Shown here: in pieces, positions 27,634 through 37,700 of the stretch
Numbering within the stretch: the first letter of the stretch is position 1
Layout: each line of letters starts with the position of its first letter
DNA from: a virus
IMG/VR virus record: IMGVR_UViG_3300047281_000098
Span: 41,265 to 105,264 of that record
Length of the DNA stretch: 64,000 nucleotides
Reading direction: 5' to 3' (one strand)
The notes under the pieces: model-generated
Seen by the model: only the letters and a program-made list of their open reading frames with translations
Databases searched by the model: none
Told to the model about the DNA's origin: nothing
Translations under genes and position numbers: made by a program

Positions 27634-29283
27634 TTAAATTACGGGAGGGAACGGGTCCGGAGCTACAGTCAATATAGTTGACAGTGCTTGTCTCTGAGGA
27701 ATAGATGTTCCATCTGTTAACAATGTGGTTGCTGAGTTATTTATAAATGTAGATTGCTGTGCGCCATCTGTACTAGTAAATCCGGTATCTGTTCTTACGT
27801 TTGATGATATTCTAATCCATATTCTACCGTCCCAACGATATAGCAATTGAGGTAGATAATCAGTGCGTAGGAAGTAGTCACCTATTGCCGGTGTGACTGG
27901 GAATGCTATGCCTGTGCCCACAGGTAATCCATTAGGTGCTGCTTCTGTTCCTGTCAAATAACCAACTGTATAGCCAAATGATCGAGGACTATATCTTGAA
28001 ATAAATTGAAATGCAGGGTCAACATCTGATCTAAAGTCCATTAAACTAGTCACGGCCCAATCTATTCCTTCTTGTGCCGGATCTTGATCTGTAGTAGCAT
28101 ACATATTATCAGCAGTGCCATATGGACCAGAGACCGATCCCAAACTTTGAACTGATAGTATAGTATCACCCTCTACTGGACCTGATCCGCTTCCAATTGA
28201 TGTAGGGTCTAGTGTGATAGTTTCTAAACTCATTTGTAGGAAAGCTGCGATAGCACTATTATTTGTATTAGCTGGTAATCTAATAACAGGACTAGCTGTT
28301 TTATACTTAGGAGATCGCATCATTACTATAATGCCTCCACCTAAGGTGAATGAATTTGTATTGATATCTGTCGGCGGGGCCGGCTGATTAAATTTACCAG
28401 ACTCTATGCCGTATGTAGGTACTACATACAGATTACTATTATCATATCCTGATTTAGGTAGCAATCTTGCTGCTTCAACTAAAATAGCATCATTAACTGC
28501 GATATTTTTATTATAAGTTGATAATATATCTTTTAAATTTTGATTTGTATCGGGTGCCCAATATACTGTATTAGGCGGAGCAATACCAATAGGTACTGCT
28601 TGAGTAGAGGTATAATTAGTATCACCGTAAGTAATTACGTATCCTGCAGGATACGCCTCAGTAGCATTCCAATTACCCAAGTAGTTGTCTTGATTAATTG
28701 GAGCAGTAAGAATCTGTGAGAATTCTTGACTATCAACTAATGGTTCGCATTTGATACGCCACAAATGAGGATACCAAGTTGCCGAAAAGCCCTCAGAGGC
28801 ATAATTACTATCAGTAATCTGATAATATCTGCGCAATGAAGTAGGTATGGTCTCATTTAATGGATTATAATCTAATAGGTGAGGGAGTTCAAATACATCA
28901 CCTACCATTAGTTTTCGACCAATCAAGTCTATCATGTCATTATAATGAACAGTAATAAACAGGATGTCATTATTTAAAAATAAACCAAATTGACTCAAAT
29001 CAAAGTCAAGATTTTGAACATTGTAATGACCACGTATTCTGAATATATCTGGTGCGTATGTTCTGTCACGATTTTCCAGAAAAAGCAAATCTTGTATGTT
29101 AGTTGGATTCAATTGATCATACTGAGGCTGAGTTGCATCAATCGACGGGCCCTGATCAGTAGGACCCAAGTACTTGTGAACATACAAATCTGTTGCCCCA
29201 ATGGTAAACATTTCTGATATTGTTCTATCAAAAAATCTATAATCATTTGATTTTTGCGGTTTGTATAAACTTAATCTAGGCAT
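27634..29283 (-). CDS. neck protein, T4 gp14-like, extended
   Basis: LSQFGLFL, GDVFELPHL, WRIKCEP; adjacent to gp15-like gene. Confidence 0.65.
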   Translation of the reverse strand: MPRLSLYKPQKSNDYRFFDRTISEMFTIGATDLYVHKYLGPTDQGPSIDATQPQYDQLNPTNIQDLLFLENRDRTYAPDIFRIRGHYNVQNLDFDLSQFGLFLNNDILFITVHYNDMIDLIGRKLMVGDVFELPHLLDYNPLNETIPTSLRRYYQITDSNYASEGFSATWYPHLWRIKCEPLVDSQEFSQILTAPINQDNYLGNWNATEAYPAGYVITYGDTNYTSTQAVPIGIAPPNTVYWAPDTNQNLKDILSTYNKNIAVNDAILVEAARLLPKSGYDNSNLYVVPTYGIESGKFNQPAPPTDINTNSFTLGGGIIVMMRSPKYKTASPVIRLPANTNNSAIAAFLQMSLETITLDPTSIGSGSGPVEGDTILSVQSLGSVSGPYGTADNMYATTDQDPAQEGIDWAVTSLMDFRSDVDPAFQFISRYSPRSFGYTVGYLTGTEAAPNGLPVGTGIAFPVTPAIGDYFLRTDYLPQLLYRWDGRIWIRISSNVRTDTGFTSTDGAQQSTFINNSATTLLTDGTSIPQRQALSTILTVAPDPFPPVI

Positions 29284-29333
29284 ATATGTGGTCTTATACG
29301 AGTATTTATCATTTACACACTAGCTTATAAAGG

Positions 29334-29362
29334 TTGACAATTAATCCATAATCTGATATAAT
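29334..29362 (+). promoter_or_regulatory. sigma70 promoter, near-copy of the 3639 promoter
   Basis: ttgacaattaatccataatctgatataat, 27/29 identical to 3639-3667. Confidence 0.85.
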
Positions 29363-29386
29363 AGACTCAACAGCAAGAAAGACTTT

Positions 29387-29578
29387 ATGAAGATTTTCAA
29401 TTCTTTTACCGTGAGCTATGTCGTTGTAGAAACCAATTTTGGCGATTTTAAAGTTGAAAAAAACGGATATATTACTCGTTGGGATGAAGAACTACACTCA
29501 TATGTTTGGGTCGATGAGGGAAAATTTAACAGTGATGAGCTTGAATCCATACGACAAAGAGGCTTGACACAAATTTGA
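29387..29578 (+). CDS. small early hypothetical protein
   Basis: 63 aa ORF between two consensus promoters. Confidence 0.6.
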   Translation: MKIFNSFTVSYVVVETNFGDFKVEKNGYITRWDEELHSYVWVDEGKFNSDELESIRQRGLTQI

Positions 29579-29592
29579 TAATCTGCTATAAT
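29564..29592 (+). promoter_or_regulatory. sigma70 promoter
   Basis: TTGACA-17 nt-TATAAT, spacer contains ATAATCTG. Confidence 0.85.
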
Positions 29593-29628
29593 AGCAGCTA
29601 TGACTAATTATAACCCCCGGAGCGCATA

Positions 29629-30831
29629 ATGGCAACTCGTAAACCCAAAGTAACCGAAGATCACTCAGCAGTTAAAGCGTTGAATCCGCGTGATGCTGAA
29701 ACAAAATATCTAGGCGAAGAGCCACTGTTCGCAGAACAGCCCGTACCTGAATATCGTAATTCAGCAATTGCCCGCGGGCTTATGTGGTATCACAGATTTT
29801 ACGGACGCAAAGATGCTCGTGATATGCTTGCTGCTTATTTAGAGACACACGGACGCACCGCAGATGCTAAGATCATGCGCAAAGTAGTTGACCAAGAATT
29901 TATGCTCCCCACATTCGCTTGGCTCTCTCGCATGACACTACGTGGACTGGAATTGACTGAACACGAAATGATGACGATGGAAAATGAAATCACACGATTG
30001 CTTGACACCATCAATAAGCCTGAAGTCAAGGAAGTAAGTCGTTTTACTACAGCAGCCAAGACTACAGAAGAAGTAGCAGTTACTCGTAACAATGTTCAAG
30101 AGACCATGCGCGAAAAAGCTCGGGAAGCTGCTGGTGAACTTGAAGGTCTTATTGATGAATTTCACGGACTGTCATCCCCTACAAAGCACACTCTTCGTCC
30201 GATTGATGAAGTAGCCAAAAAGAATGTGCTGCCGCAACATATCAGTATGCTCACCGAAGTTTGGCAAAAGAAACTTGCTGAAATGGAAGAAGTACTAGTT
30301 GGTAAAGATGCGCAGCTAGTAGAAGGTTACTCCCACTATAGCAAACAACAGATCAAAAATACAATCAAATTTATTGAACTGGTGCTCAGTGATTTGAGTA
30401 GCTATATCAGTGTTAAGAAGTCTGCTAAAGCTCCGCGTGCTCGTAAAGCTGTTCCAGTAGAAAAGATTGTAGCAAAACTTCAATATCTGAAAACATTTAA
30501 AGATGCCGCTGCTAAGATTGACTTAGTAAGTGTTCATCCTATCAAAATTCACGGAGCAAGTGAAGCATGGGTATATGATACTGCTAAGCGTAAACTTCAT
30601 CACTACATTGCCGATGAATACTCAAAAACATTCACTGTTAAAGGCAATACGCTATTAGGATTTGACACCGCACAAAGTGAAGTCAAAACTCTACGCAAGC
30701 CCGGAGAACAATTGAAGGAAGTTATGGGAAGCAAGCCTGTTGCTCGTAAGTACTTCAAAGATATCAAGTCAGTAGCAACTATTCCAAACGGTAGATTCAA
30801 TGCTGCTATGATAATTTTGAAAGCATTCTAA
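29629..30831 (+). CDS. hypothetical phage protein
   Basis: 400 aa, GGAG SD, C-terminal KTLRKP...NGRFN. Confidence 0.75.
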   Translation: MATRKPKVTEDHSAVKALNPRDAETKYLGEEPLFAEQPVPEYRNSAIARGLMWYHRFYGRKDARDMLAAYLETHGRTADAKIMRKVVDQEFMLPTFAWLSRMTLRGLELTEHEMMTMENEITRLLDTINKPEVKEVSRFTTAAKTTEEVAVTRNNVQETMREKAREAAGELEGLIDEFHGLSSPTKHTLRPIDEVAKKNVLPQHISMLTEVWQKKLAEMEEVLVGKDAQLVEGYSHYSKQQIKNTIKFIELVLSDLSSYISVKKSAKAPRARKAVPVEKIVAKLQYLKTFKDAAAKIDLVSVHPIKIHGASEAWVYDTAKRKLHHYIADEYSKTFTVKGNTLLGFDTAQSEVKTLRKPGEQLKEVMGSKPVARKYFKDIKSVATIPNGRFNAAMIILKAF

Positions 30832-31409
30832 TGAATGCATTATTTGAGTTCGAGAACAGCAACAAAGCCGTAGCAAAAAATCTTGGATATGTTGGTGCCC
30901 CTGTAACAAAGCTCAAAGCTGGTAGAGATAGTGATAGTTGGTATACTCCAGGAGAGTATATTGAGAGTGCCAGATTCGCCCTCGGTACAATCGATTTGGA
31001 CCCATTCAGCAGCGCACTAGCTAATGAGATAGTTGGTGCTACCAAGTATCACAGTGAGGACGACAGTTCATTGAACGTTGACTGGAAAGCTAGAACAGTA
31101 TGGATGAATCCACCGTACGGGCCACTATGCGGTGCCGCGGTTGATAAATTCATTGAACAGTTCACGGCTAAGAATTTTGTCGAAGGCATCATACTAGTCA
31201 ATAACTCTACAGATACTAAATGGTTCAAGCGCCTATCAGAACACGCATCTGCTTGGTGCTTCACCGACCACAGAATTGGGTTTAACGCACCCGATGGCAA
31301 ATCACTTGGCGGCAACACCCGCGGTCAGGTATTCATCTACTTCGGGCCTAATGTTCAGAAGTTTAAACAACAGTTCGATGAACACGGACTGGTCCTACAG
31401 AAAGCATAA
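30831..31409 (+). CDS. phage DNA N6-adenine methyltransferase
   Basis: WYTP, IDLDPFS, WMNPPY. Confidence 0.88.
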   Translation: MNALFEFENSNKAVAKNLGYVGAPVTKLKAGRDSDSWYTPGEYIESARFALGTIDLDPFSSALANEIVGATKYHSEDDSSLNVDWKARTVWMNPPYGPLCGAAVDKFIEQFTAKNFVEGIILVNNSTDTKWFKRLSEHASAWCFTDHRIGFNAPDGKSLGGNTRGQVFIYFGPNVQKFKQQFDEHGLVLQKA

Positions 31410-31410
31410 T

Positions 31411-31851
31411 ATGACAAAACAAATCGACCTAAACAAATACAAAGACTTCGTTGAAGCAGTCACAAGTAAGGAAAGTAACGACCTTACAACGTTTATGAGT
31501 CGTCTAGATGAACTAGATGCTAACTTTGATGAGGTAACTGTCAGTCACGGACCTGATGTTAATATCCCTCTATTGATCACTGCTTGCTTTGGCCTCGCTG
31601 CTGAAGCCGGTGAGTTTATTGAAGTGCCCAAGAAAATCATTTTTCAGGGTAAGCGACTGTCCGAAGCCGAAGTCTATCACATGAAACGTGAACTCGGTGA
31701 CGTATTTTGGTATTGGATGAATGCGTGTCGTGCGCTGAATCTTGATCCCAATGATGTAATTGACGAAAATGTACGCAAGCTAGAATCTCGTTATCCCGGT
31801 GGCTCATTTGATGCTCACTATTCTGAAAATCGTAAAGAAGGCGATATTTAA
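31411..31851 (+). CDS. mazG: MazG-like NTP pyrophosphohydrolase
   Basis: GLAAEAGEF...KK, RELGDVFWY, N..KL..RYP. Confidence 0.88.
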   Translation: MTKQIDLNKYKDFVEAVTSKESNDLTTFMSRLDELDANFDEVTVSHGPDVNIPLLITACFGLAAEAGEFIEVPKKIIFQGKRLSEAEVYHMKRELGDVFWYWMNACRALNLDPNDVIDENVRKLESRYPGGSFDAHYSENRKEGDI

Positions 31852-31853
31852 AT

Positions 31854-31874
31854 AATAGGGCTTCGGCCCTATTT
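31854..31874 (+). terminator. UUCG-capped hairpin/terminator after mazG
   Basis: aatagggc-ttcg-gccctatt-t. Confidence 0.7.
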
Positions 31875-32450
31875 CCGTTATTGGCTTATAGGTAGCACCA
31901 CCTCGAAGTGTGCCATTAATCCGTCCCCGACCCGCGTTGTGACGGTAGTTAAGATGAATGCCAACATCATATTTATGGGACTACCCTTCGGGATGCCTAA
32001 ACGCCTGCTCCATAGCAGTTCACGTTTCCTATATCTTAATGGTTGAGATAGAGTAATCTACTAGAAGCATTGCCGCGTCAAAGTAATAGCGATAGAGGGC
32101 GCGGGCTGGTTAAATCTTCCTAATGAACAATGATTTAACAACAGCGAATACGGCAAATTCCCTCACGGGTCAGTGAGACATAGACAATCCTCCACTATAA
32201 TTTTTGAATTCATTATCGCACCCGTACCAGGGCCTCAAGAATGGATATTTTTGGTGAGTAGGTATTTTATATCTACTCGCCTATGCCTAAGAATGAATAG
32301 AGATTAGTACCCACTGAAGTTTTAGTTGAATGAATTGTATTACTAAGACCGAACTTAGTTGAGCAAAGCGAAGACTAAGAGAAGGGCTGATGACCGAGGT
32401 CATCCTTATACTGAGTTTTATATTAAATGAGTAACTTCGGATACAAATCA
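31875..32450 (+). ncRNA. candidate large structured ncRNA (or replication origin)
   Basis: no credible ORF; at least eight stem-loops, some with G-U pairs on the + strand. Confidence 0.45.
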
Positions 32451-32480
32451 TAAATACTCTATACACTCTGGGAATTATAT

Positions 32481-33245
32481 ATGGCACTAGGAATGACTCT
32501 TGACGAACTTAAACAAACAATGTTTGCTAATCTTGGCTACAGGCTTGGTGCCGGCATTATTGATTTAGAACTAGACCCTGAACACTATGAAGCAGCGTAT
32601 CAGTATGCCATCAAAGTATATCGTCAACGGGCGCAGAATGCCACTGAAGAAACTTACACGTTATTTTCCACTGAAAAGAATATGGATATATACACATTAC
32701 CTGAACAGTTTATCAATGTTCGTTCGTTATTCAGACGCACCGTTGGTTTAGATACAGGTCCAGGAGCATCATCATTTGATCCGTTCAGCAGTGCTATTCT
32801 CAACACCTACTTATTGAACTATAATGTCTCTGGTGGTCTAGCTACATATGATCTTTATGCTGGTTATGTTGAGTTGGCTGCTCGTATGTTTGGTGGTTAT
32901 GTTGTCTACACCTTTAATCCTGTTACTAAAGTACTGCGCATTGTTCGTGATCCTAAGAGTACAGGAGAAAAGATTCTTATTTGGGCTGACGTATTGAAGC
33001 CAGAAGAAGTTCTGCTACAAGACCCGGGTTCAGGTGTATGGATTGCTGATTGGACTCTTGCGATCCTTAAGGGTATCATCGGCGATGCTCGTGAGAAGTT
33101 CGCAAGCATAGCGGGGCCAGGCGGTGGAACTTCATTGAACGGTTCAGCTATGAAAGCAGACGGCGAAAAAATGCAGGCAGCATTGCTAGAAGACTTAAAA
33201 CGCTTTGTTGACTACTCGCAGCCACTGACATGGGTACAAGGCTAA
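32481..33245 (+). CDS. neck protein, T4 gp13-like
   Basis: RLGAGIIDLELD, AILKGIIG..R.KF....GPGGG..LNG. Confidence 0.8.
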   Translation: MALGMTLDELKQTMFANLGYRLGAGIIDLELDPEHYEAAYQYAIKVYRQRAQNATEETYTLFSTEKNMDIYTLPEQFINVRSLFRRTVGLDTGPGASSFDPFSSAILNTYLLNYNVSGGLATYDLYAGYVELAARMFGGYVVYTFNPVTKVLRIVRDPKSTGEKILIWADVLKPEEVLLQDPGSGVWIADWTLAILKGIIGDAREKFASIAGPGGGTSLNGSAMKADGEKMQAALLEDLKRFVDYSQPLTWVQG

Positions 33246-33628
33246 TGAAATCCTCTGAATTTATCATAGAATCAGCACAGCGCGTAGGCCCTGTCTATCA
33301 CGGGACCAGTGGTTCTTTTACTAATTTCAATGATGCTACATTGGGAACTAGTTCAGGTGACCCTAACACAGTATTAGGGCATTTCTTCACATCTTCAAAA
33401 GAAGAAGCACTTATGTATGGTAAAAATATCATCGCTGCTCAATTAGTACTACGTAATCCATATGAAGCTACTATGGATGAGTTGGTTAGTTTGGATGAAG
33501 AAGACTATCGAACAATGCGTGAAGAACTGATTGAAGATGGATACGACAGTATTATTGCTCTGCATGATGAGGGTGCTGACGTGTGGTATGTTGTATTCTC
33601 TAATACCCAAATTAAAATAATACAATAA
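33245..33628 (+). CDS. ADP-ribosyltransferase-fold protein (ART-PolyVal-like) with putative capsid-targeting N-terminus
   Basis: VYHGT..F..F, GHFFTS..EA..YG, L..P, GYDSII; starts MKSSEFIIES. Confidence 0.65.
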   Translation: MKSSEFIIESAQRVGPVYHGTSGSFTNFNDATLGTSSGDPNTVLGHFFTSSKEEALMYGKNIIAAQLVLRNPYEATMDELVSLDEEDYRTMREELIEDGYDSIIALHDEGADVWYVVFSNTQIKIIQ

Positions 33629-33695
33629 CATTAACCTAAAATACTTTATTTTGTGACAGTTTTGTGATATACTAAGTATAATACAGGAGTTACAT

Positions 33696-34331
33696 ATGAT
33701 TATTAGCGTGTCAGGATTTATAGGTTCTGGTAAAGATACAGTCGCAGATTATCTCACTACATTTCACGGGTACAAGAAATTAAGTTTTGCCTCGTCATTA
33801 AAAGACGCTGTTGCGGCAGTCTTTGGGTGGGAAAGAGATTTACTTGAAGGTATTACTAAGCATAGCAGAGAGTGGCGAGACCAAGTTGATCCATGGTGGG
33901 CCGACAGATTGAATGTACCCCATCTTACCCCGCGTTGGGTTCTACAATACTGGGGCACAGAAGTTTGTCGTCATGGATTTCACGATGATATCTGGGTTGC
34001 TAGTCTTGAAAATAGAGTACGACAAAGTAAAGATAATATCGTCATCACTGACTGTCGGTTTAAGAATGAAATTATCGCAGTCAAGAACGCAGGCGGAACA
34101 ACACTGAGAGTTACACGAGGATTGTTGCCTGAATGGTATGACGATGCCATTGCTTATAATTTAGGACCTAATAACAATTCTCATTGGGCACTAGGCAAAG
34201 CAAGTTTAGATAAATTGCGCATTCATGCCAGCGAATATAGCAGCGTTGGGTTAGAGTATGATTATCAAGTTGATAACAACAACACAATTGATACACTACA
34301 TAGAACGGTAGAATCAATAATCAACCGCTAG
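33696..34331 (+). CDS. deoxynucleoside monophosphate kinase (T4 gp1-like)
   Basis: GFIGSGKDT P-loop, R.VLQ.WGTE, ITDCRF.NE. Confidence 0.88.
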   Translation: MIISVSGFIGSGKDTVADYLTTFHGYKKLSFASSLKDAVAAVFGWERDLLEGITKHSREWRDQVDPWWADRLNVPHLTPRWVLQYWGTEVCRHGFHDDIWVASLENRVRQSKDNIVITDCRFKNEIIAVKNAGGTTLRVTRGLLPEWYDDAIAYNLGPNNNSHWALGKASLDKLRIHASEYSSVGLEYDYQVDNNNTIDTLHRTVESIINR

Positions 34332-34661
34332 GTCGCCTCTTTTCCAATTAACTTCCTTACGTTTTACAACCTCAATACAGTTCAGACATATACTTTTTAG
34401 ATTGGATAACTCTATGTTATCCAATTTACCATCTATGTGAAAGACAGTGATCTGTGAGGGGTATGAACTATGAAAGCCGCATAAGTCACATATAGATTTT
34501 TTCTTGTATCTACTTTTTTGCCAATTTGGTTTTCTAGGCTTTGCTTTAGATTTTTTCCTACCACACTCATCGCAATAACTTCGATAGTGTGGTATTCCTA
34601 TGCGGTGATAGTTTATAGCACACATATTTTTATTACATTGATTGCATATCGGTCTTATCAT
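34314..34661 (-). CDS. zinc-binding HNH-like protein
   Basis: four CxxC pairs, HIDG...N...NL..ICLNC; TAAATA 5 nt upstream on - strand. Confidence 0.7.
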   Translation of the reverse strand: MIRPICNQCNKNMCAINYHRIGIPHYRSYCDECGRKKSKAKPRKPNWQKSRYKKKSICDLCGFHSSYPSQITVFHIDGKLDNIELSNLKSICLNCIEVVKRKEVNWKRGDLAVDY

Positions 34662-34780
34662 ATGAGTATTTAACAAAAAACCTTCGAAGGCACGGTAATG
34701 AGTACTTTTTGAAAGATAAAACTAAATACTATTATGCATTTAGGTTGTAAACCTCATAATCTTACTAAAGGAAAAATAAA

Positions 34781-37700
34781 ATGGCATTAACATCACCAGG
34801 CGTAGAAGTAACAATCACAGACCAGAGCCAATACTTACCGGCTCCGGGTGGATCAGTTCCACTTGTTATATTAGCTACTGCACAAAACAAAGCAGACGCA
34901 TCTGGTACAGGAGTTGCAGCTGCAACTACTGCTGCTAATGCAGGGAAATTATATCAGATAACAAGTCAACGCGATTTGGTAAATCTATATGGTTCACCGT
35001 TCTTCTACTCAACAACTAACGGAACACCTATTCAAGGATATGAATTAAATGAATACGGTCTATTAGCTGCTTACTCAACATTAGGTGTTACTAATCGTTG
35101 TTATGTATTACGTGCTGATATTGACTTGGCTAGTTTAGTTGGTCAAACAGGTCGTCCAGTTGGATTTCCAGAAAATAATACTTACTGGTTAGATACTACT
35201 AGCAGCACTTGGGGCATATATGTATTCAATCAAACTACTGGTAAATTTTCGTTACAAACTCCTATTGTCATTACTAACCCTGATGATTTAACAGGTGGGG
35301 TACCTAATTCAACTATAGGAAATATTGGTAATTATGCGGTTAACGCATTGGAAACTGCATATTCATTCGAGTCCGATGCATCAAATAGAGAATTCTTCTA
35401 TAAATCTTCTTTCAATGTTTGGGTACCATTAGGCGGTACGGCATGGAAGAAAGATGTGCCTACAGTATCAGGAACAACATCAAATCCTGTACTAAGTCCG
35501 GGCACATTTACTATCAATTTAAATGGAATATATATTACTACAATAACAGTTCCAGTATTTCCTAACAATAATGTATATGGTGTAGCAGCAGCAATAAATA
35601 ATTTAAATTGGTTTCAATTAACTGCTAGTGTACGAAATAATAAATTGTGTATTTTTTCATCACAAAATAGTAATTTGTCCGGGGCAATGACTCTTTCTCA
35701 AACAGGTACTGTGTTAGATGAACTTGGTATAGTAGCAAAAACATATTATCAAGCAGGTGTTGAATTTGGTACTGCAGCGCAAATGCCATTATGGACTTCT
35801 AGTCAAGCCCAACCGCACCCAACTGGGTCTGTATGGATAAAGGTTGGTCAATCTGGTAACGGTTTAGCACCAGTTGTTGCTAATTTTAATGCAGTAACTA
35901 ATATTTGGCAAAATAAAAACGTGTCATTGGCAACCTCAGATGCTCAGGTTAATTCCAATTTAGATGCTACTGGTGGTAAATTAATTCCTGCCGGATCTAT
36001 CTATGCTCAATATGATCCTAGTTACGTAACAGCACCTCTATATCTATGGGAAAGAATCGCTACTGGGCCTACTGTTGTGACAGGAAGTGTATCAAATCCT
36101 GTACTTAACAGCGGTCCGTACGTGATGACTGTACAAACATCAGTGCCAGGATCTCCGACTTTATCATCAGTGTATTCTGTAACAGTACCTGACAACACAG
36201 ACGCTAGTGGATTTGTAACTGCTTGGACTGCGACAAATATATTATATACTACTGCCTCAGTAACTACTGACGGTGCTATTCAGATAACTCATACTGATGG
36301 TGGATCAATTAATCTTTCTGATCTAGTAGCTGGTGTATCTAACGGATTGTTATCCGCAGTTGGATTCAATATCAATAGTACTGCTGGATGTAAATACGGG
36401 CCAACTGTATCAATTAATTTCTCAGACGTTCCTCAGCTATCAACAACTGGTGTGGGAACAAATGGTCTGTTTAATATTATATCTGAATATTCAGCATATG
36501 TTGTATCATTTGGTGGAGTTGGCTCTACTGGTGGTAGTGGATATGCAGTAGGTGATAATATTACTATTTCAGGCGCAGTGCTTGGTGGTACTACACCTAC
36601 AAATGATCTAGTTATCAAAGTAACTAGTGTAAGTATTACAAATGCTATAACTTCAGTGATGTATGTATCAGGATCTACTCCTAATAATTACGCAACAGAA
36701 TTGAGCAATTGGAGATCATTTACTTATACAGCAAATGAAGGTTCACCAGTAGCTGCGCCTGTCAATGATACAAATTGGTTCTTCAGTGTTGTTGATCAAG
36801 TTGATATTATGGTACAAAAAGGCGGTGTGTGGATTGGTTACGGTCAAACGTCATACGATAGTTCAGGTTTCCCTGCTGCTACTGGTGTTAATGCCACTGA
36901 TCCTAACGGACCAATCATTGCTGCTACTGCTCCTACTACCCAAAGTGATGGTACAGCATTGGTATACGGTGATTTATGGATGAGTACAAGTGACTTGGAA
37001 CTATATCCTCTACTATCTCGTTGGGAAGCAATCGATTCTTTGACCAATGGTTGGGTTCTTTTAGACAATTCAGATCAAGTAAGTTCATCTGGTGTTGTAT
37101 TTGCGGATGCTCGTTGGGCAACTTCAGGCACAGTAAGTCCTACTGATGATCCTATCGCAACTATCCCTACATTGCTACAAAGCAATTATCTAGATTTAGA
37201 TGCTCCTACTGCTACGCTATATCCACAAGGTATGTTGTTGTTTAACACACGCCGCTCAGGTTATAACGTTAAGCAATACAAAGCTAATTACTTCAATTCA
37301 ACTGACTTCGCTGGTGATACATTACCAGTTCAAAAAGCAGCTTGGGTCACGATAAGTGGTAATCAAGCAAATGGTTCTCCGTATATGGGTCGTAAAGCTC
37401 AACGTGCAGTAGTTGTTCAAGCAATGAATGCTGTTGTTGCTACTAACATGGCAATACGTGATGAAGACAATGCGTTTAACTTAATGGCAGCTCCTAATTA
37501 TCCTGAACTACAGCCTAACATGGTTGTGTTGAATAATGATCGTGGTGATACTGGATACATATTAGGTGACACCCCAATGCGTTTACCTGACGATGCTACT
37601 GCTATTCAAGCATGGGCTACTAACGCAGCAGGTGCTACATCAACCGGCGAAGATGGTTGCGTAACTCGTGATACTTATTTAGGATTGTTCTACCCAAGTG

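Noticed and set aside
32385-32410. Hammerhead ribozyme (CTGATGA present)
   Set aside because: No GAAA follows a stem II; the CTGATGA is part of a simple hairpin.
32287-32487. 66 aa minus-strand ORF in the structured gap
   Set aside because: No SD or promoter, atypical composition, and it overlaps the gp13 late promoter and start.
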